Shown: in pieces, positions 60,244-64,000 of the stretch
How positions within the stretch are numbered: position 1 is the stretch's first letter
Layout: every line of letters starts with the position of its first letter
Source: Acidimicrobiales bacterium
GTDB lineage: Bacteria; Actinomycetota; Acidimicrobiia; Acidimicrobiales; Aldehydirespiratoraceae
Reading direction: 5' to 3'
Assembly: GCA_022425325.1 (NCBI GenBank)
Contig: JAKMFW010000100.1
Span: 1-64,000 of the forward strand
DNA: 64,000 nucleotides
The notes under the pieces: generated by a model
Seen by the model: only the letters and a program-made list of their open reading frames with translations
Database searches by the model: none
What the model was told of the DNA's origin: nothing
Made by a program: the position numbers and the translations under genes

Positions 60244-62243
60244 ACAACCTCGATGTGCACCCACGTGTCGTGGAATGCTGCCGATCCCGTGTCGTCGTCG
60301 GGTACGGCTGGGTTGGTGAGCGCGTTGACCGCCCGCCCCTCTGGAGTCGACGAATGCCCCCAACCGAACGGTAGTGCGACGAGGCCGGGCTGGACCCGGT
60401 CGCTGACGGTGGCTTCAACGGTAAGTGAGCCGCGCTCGTTGTGGACCCGAACACGCCCGCCGTCGGTCACACCGAGCGCCGATGCATCGATCGGATGAAC
60501 CTCGAGCCGAGGATGGGGCGGCGTTGGCAGGTGTGCGGGGAACTGTGCGTAATTCGCGTTGAGGAAGGCGACGTGTTGCTTCAGGCTGATCAGCTGGAAC
60601 GGCGCCTCGGGTTCGGCGATGTCGATGTCGAGTGGACCAAGCGTGAAGGTGGTGTCGGCATGGGGGCGCGTGCCGGGGTCGATCGCGAACCGGGCCCAGC
60701 CATCATCGACGAGCCGTTCCCACGTGATGCCGTCGAGCATCGGGTGCTCGTTCTCCAGCAGGCCACGGATCAGGTCCTCGTCGGACTCGTGGTGCTCGGG
60801 GGCGTCGAGACCGAGTTCGGTGGCGAGCAGTCGGAAGATCTCGTTGTTGGGTTTGGCCTCGCCCATCGGGGCAATCGCCGGTCGGTTGAGCGCGACGTTG
60901 AGATGGCCCCATGCCGGCGCAAGATCGAGATGCTCGATCTGGGTGGTCGCAGGAAGGACGAGGTCGGCGTGACGAGCGGTGTCGGTCAGGAACTGCTCCG
61001 CCACGACCGTGAAGAGATTCTCGCGGCGGAGACCCTCGATGATGCGGTTCTGATCGGGAGCGATGACCGCCGGGTTGCTGTTGTGGACGAACAAGGCCTC
61101 GATCGGTGGATCGATCGTGGGGTCGGTGAGCACCTCGCCGAGGCGGGCCATATTGAAGCTTCGAGCGGGTGGCGCGAGCCGGGCTTCCTCGGTGTCGAGG
61201 CCGAAAGCTTCCTCCCACCAGACCTGGGTCGAACGGGCGAGCCCGCCACCCGCATCCCGCCAGGCCCCGGTCACGGTCGGCAACATGGCGATCGCACGCA
61301 TGATCTCGCGACCGTTGCCCCGATGTTCGGGGCCGACGAGTGAGCGGACGGCCGCCGGCCTGACGTTGGCGAACCGATGGGCCACGGCAACGACCTCGTC
61401 AGCGGGGATACCGGTGCGTGCCTCGGTGGTCAGGGGTGTCGCATCCGCGACGGATACCAGAAGGTCGGTGGCATCGGTGGTGTGTTCGGCGAGCCAGGTC
61501 GGGTCGAGCAGGCCGTCGCGATCCATCACGTGGATCAGTCCGGCGACGAGGGCGACGTCGGAGCCCGGCCGTAACTGCAAGAAGCGATCGGCTCGCTCGG
61601 CTGTCGCCGTGCGCACCGGATCAACGACGATCACCTCGGCGCCGGCCTCGCGGGCTTGTTCGATCGTCGTCCAGAGGTGCCGGTTGGTCACAAAGGTGTT
61701 GGTGCCCCACAAGATCACCGTGCGAGCAAGATGGAGGTCTTCCGGGTCGATGCCGCGGGGTGTGCCGAGGACGTCGGCGGCTCCGAGCCAGGCGGTCACG
61801 CCGCAGAGATGTCGCCGCACATCGGAGGTGCCGAGGGCAGCGAAGAAGCGGCGAGCGAGGATGCCTTTCTGAATGACACCCTGCGTGCCGTCGAAGGAGT
61901 AGGGAAGGATCGCCGCCGGGCCCGACTGGGCGATGATCGAACGGAAGCGCTCACCGATCTCGGCGACGGCGTCGTCCCAGGTGACCGGTGTGAACTCGCC
62001 GGAACCCTTCGGTCCGGTTCGTCTCAGCGGCGTGAGGATCCGGTCGGGGTGATGTACTCGATCAAGGAAGCGGTTGACCTTGGGGCACAACTGGCCCTTG
62101 GTGGTGGGGTGGTCGGCGAGTCCACGAAGGGCAACGGCTCGACCGTCCTCCACGGTGACCTCCCACACGCACGTGTCGGGGCAGTCGTGATGACACGCGC
62201 CGCGGACGACTCCTGCTCGCACCGGGCCAACGGAGCGTTTCAC
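60240..62243 (-). CDS. Molybdopterin (MopB-superfamily) oxidoreductase with an N-terminal [4Fe-4S] motif
   Basis: The CHHDCPDTC (Cx2Cx3C) N-terminal cluster motif is followed by MGD-binding domains. It is about 667 aa, and the start (a GTG at 62243 or 62222) is uncertain. Confidence 0.8.
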   Translation of the reverse strand: MKRSVGPVRAGVVRGACHHDCPDTCVWEVTVEDGRAVALRGLADHPTTKGQLCPKVNRFLDRVHHPDRILTPLRRTGPKGSGEFTPVTWDDAVAEIGERFRSIIAQSGPAAILPYSFDGTQGVIQKGILARRFFAALGTSDVRRHLCGVTAWLGAADVLGTPRGIDPEDLHLARTVILWGTNTFVTNRHLWTTIEQAREAGAEVIVVDPVRTATAERADRFLQLRPGSDVALVAGLIHVMDRDGLLDPTWLAEHTTDATDLLVSVADATPLTTEARTGIPADEVVAVAHRFANVRPAAVRSLVGPEHRGNGREIMRAIAMLPTVTGAWRDAGGGLARSTQVWWEEAFGLDTEEARLAPPARSFNMARLGEVLTDPTIDPPIEALFVHNSNPAVIAPDQNRIIEGLRRENLFTVVAEQFLTDTARHADLVLPATTQIEHLDLAPAWGHLNVALNRPAIAPMGEAKPNNEIFRLLATELGLDAPEHHESDEDLIRGLLENEHPMLDGITWERLVDDGWARFAIDPGTRPHADTTFTLGPLDIDIAEPEAPFQLISLKQHVAFLNANYAQFPAHLPTPPHPRLEVHPIDASALGVTDGGRVRVHNERGSLTVEATVSDRVQPGLVALPFGWGHSSTPEGRAVNALTNPAVPDDDTGSAAFHDTWVHIEVV

Positions 62244-62259
62244 CGCGCGACCGGCCGAC

Positions 62260-63000
62260 TCAAGACGCCGGGTCCATGAGGCGGAATGCCTCGCCGAGTC
62301 CGACACCACCAGTTCGCCCGTGGGTGCGGGCCTCGCGTTCAGTTCGCTCACGGAACGCGGCTGCCTGGGTGCCATCGTCGTCGGCAGCGATCACCATCGT
62401 CGTCTCGAACTGGCTCTCGTGAGCGAGCAGCGCATCCACCTTGGCGTCGACATGTCGCTGCTCGATGCGCTCGACATGATCGGGCTCCTCACACTCGAAC
62501 AGAAGAAGGGCTCGTGGACGGTGGTGGTTCAGGCCGTCGGCCATGTGCTCGCGGTGGTAGTGCGGATCACGGGCGGCAACCACGGCATCGACGGTGAGGA
62601 AACCGGCGTTGCGATGGTCGGGGTGCATGCGCCACCGGCGCCAGGGGTCGTGGCCGAGCACGATGTCGGGGGTGGTCTCACGGATCACCCGGGCGACCCG
62701 CCCCCGCAGCTCGACCGTGTTGGCGAGTTCGCCGTCGACTTCGCCGAGGAAGTGCACCTGGGCGTCGGGGTGGATACGACGGGCGGCCTCTCGTTGTTCG
62801 GCCTGCCGGCGAGCGATGAGGACGTCGGTGTCGGCATCGACATCCCACGTTCCTTTGGACCCGTCAGTGCAGATCAGGAGATGGATCGCAGCGCCGGCGG
62901 CGCCCCACTTGGCAAGGGTGCCGCCGCACTCGAACTCGATGTCGTCGGGATGGGCACCAACCGCAAGCGCGCTGGTCGGCACGGGCAGATCGACACGCAT
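62260..63000 (-). CDS. PIG-L/LmbE-family N-acetylglucosaminyl deacetylase-like protein
   Basis: It has the metal-binding motif AHPDDIE near the N-terminus and an HxxH region. Confidence 0.75.
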   Translation of the reverse strand: MRVDLPVPTSALAVGAHPDDIEFECGGTLAKWGAAGAAIHLLICTDGSKGTWDVDADTDVLIARRQAEQREAARRIHPDAQVHFLGEVDGELANTVELRGRVARVIRETTPDIVLGHDPWRRWRMHPDHRNAGFLTVDAVVAARDPHYHREHMADGLNHHRPRALLLFECEEPDHVERIEQRHVDAKVDALLAHESQFETTMVIAADDDGTQAAAFRERTEREARTHGRTGGVGLGEAFRLMDPAS

Positions 63001-63002
63001 CG

Positions 63003-63581
63003 TCAGGATCCTTCCACCTGGAGGCGGGCAAGGTCGCCGGGATCGTCGACGTCGAGTGCAAGCGAGGGGTCGTCGACGACGGTGATCTCGAGTCCGAGGC
63101 GCTCAGCCTCGGCACAGTGGGCGGCGAACGAACCGGGCCCGTAGTGGAATTCGAAGCCCAACCCGAGCGGGATCGACAACACATTGCTGCCGTCGCGCGC
63201 GTGGTCGGGCGCAATGGCGAGGCCGGGTCCGTCGACCACTCGAAGGTCGTCGGCGAGCGGCAGGTCGGCGTGGGCGACGATCACCCGGCTCGGCGGATCG
63301 TCCTCGGTGGCGACAAGAGCGATGGCCGCGTCAATACTTTCGTTGAGTCCGTTGACGGCGGGGGCGAGCCCGTTGGCGCCCAGACGCTCGGCCCAGCGGA
63401 GCACGTCGGCGTCGTCGCTCACGACGTGCACCGGAAGATCTCGTGCTGCTCGGACGACCCGTTCCGCCATCGCCATTGCAAGGCGCCGACGATCGGTGGG
63501 GGACAACACGCCGGCGAGGCGAGTCTTGGCGTCGTCGAACGACCGGAGCGGGATCAGCACGGCGGCGTCGGTGGCGACCAC
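63003..63581 (-). CDS. fbiD: 2-phospho-L-lactate/phosphoenolpyruvate guanylyltransferase (CofC/FbiD, F420 biosynthesis)
   Basis: The N-terminus AVLIPLRSFDDAKTRLAGVLS matches the CofC/FbiD family. It lies divergent from the gpsA-like remnant, as in mycobacterial gene order. Confidence 0.65.
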   Translation of the reverse strand: MVATDAAVLIPLRSFDDAKTRLAGVLSPTDRRRLAMAMAERVVRAARDLPVHVVSDDADVLRWAERLGANGLAPAVNGLNESIDAAIALVATEDDPPSRVIVAHADLPLADDLRVVDGPGLAIAPDHARDGSNVLSIPLGLGFEFHYGPGSFAAHCAEAERLGLEITVVDDPSLALDVDDPGDLARLQVEGS

Positions 63582-63603
63582 GGCGCGAGTCTAGGGTGGG
63601 GCC

Positions 63604-63822
63604 ATGTCCATGCGTGTGGCCGTCGTCGGCGCCGGATCATGGGGCACCACGGTCGCCCATCTGGCTCGTAACTCGATCGTGTGCAAGCTGGCCGAGGCCA
63701 ACGGCGTGTACACGCCGATCGCCGACCAGATGCAGGCATGCGTCGAAGAGGGTCGCACCGCCCTCGAGGCCTATGCCGGTCTCGTCAACACCCCTGCCGC
63801 CCGAGAGATCGATCCCCACTAG
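63604..63822 (+). pseudogene. gpsA: gpsA remnant: glycerol-3-phosphate dehydrogenase N-terminus fused in-frame to its C-terminal helices, with about 250 central codons missing
   Basis: The 72-aa ORF has MSMRVAVVGAGSWGTTVAHLARNS, the GpsA Rossmann N-terminus. This is joined directly to VCKLAEANGVYTPIADQMQACVEEGRTALEAYAGLV, which resembles the GpsA C-terminal segment. Confidence 0.45.
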
Positions 63823-63850
63823 GGCGCTCGAAAGGACGACGAACAAACCC

Positions 63851-64000
63851 ATGGGACTCCTCGACCGCCTCCGGCGCCGGAACCTCACGCCACTCGACCC
63901 GTCGTTCGGCGCCCTGATCGGCGACCTCGCCGGGCCGATCGCCCGCATCGCCCCCGACGGCGCCGTCGCCACCCTCGACGGATCGTGGCGTCTCGAATGG
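63851..64000 (+). CDS. Partial ORF of unknown function; the 5' end is in the window and it runs off the 3' edge
   Basis: It begins with ATG at 63851 (MGLLDRLRRRNLTPLDPSFGALIGDLAGPIARIAPDG...), has GC3-rich codons, and has no stop before the window end. Confidence 0.3.
   Translation, partial: MGLLDRLRRRNLTPLDPSFGALIGDLAGPIARIAPDGAVATLDGSWRLEW

Overview
This 64-kb window comes from a high-GC (about 68-70%) Actinobacteria-like chromosome and is densely coding on both strands. I found no rRNA, tRNA or CRISPR arrays.

The backbone is housekeeping and shows gene order reminiscent of Mycobacterium. It runs iscS-mnmA, ligA, gatCAB, ilvB-ilvN, and fbiD placed divergently from a gpsA-like gene.

Accessory modules are interleaved with this backbone:
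- a nucleoside-salvage operon (nucleoside hydrolase, ribokinase and a standalone cyclic-nucleotide-binding protein);
- an NfeD-flotillin pair;
- a TetR regulator followed by two SDRs;
- a five-gene Dpp/Opp-type peptide ABC transporter;
- an SDR, small membrane protein and MBL hydrolase set;
- a translationally coupled two-subunit CoA-transferase (IpdAB-like) plus two acyl-CoA dehydrogenases;
- a string of overlapping genes (nucleosidase, hotdog thioesterase, LMW-PTP, AzlCD) ending in murA;
- an HNH/DUF222 endonuclease insertion;
- a trehalose-phosphate-phosphatase::GH15 fusion and, elsewhere, otsA;
- a rhomboid protease, a MATE transporter and an OYE reductase.

The observations I consider most worth a second look are:
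1. a modF-like tandem ABC ATPase whose stop codon overlaps a CTG that is the only plausible initiator of an RHH (MazE-like) antitoxin, which in turn overlaps a MazF toxin, all wedged between ilvBN and ilvC;
2. an E. coli-type class II ilvC with a divergent LysR-type ilvY and a palindromic operator, sitting next to an actinobacterial-style ilvB leader-peptide attenuator (LLVVV written with rare GTA codons, followed by a terminator hairpin);
3. a tightly coupled minus-strand operon of cofC/fbiD, an LmbE-like deacetylase, a molybdopterin oxidoreductase, a small membrane protein and an FeS-BCP (6-4)-type photolyase;
4. a 72-codon gpsA remnant that looks like an in-frame internal deletion.

All calls rest on my reading of the translated ORFs, motifs and gene context. 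No database searches were run.
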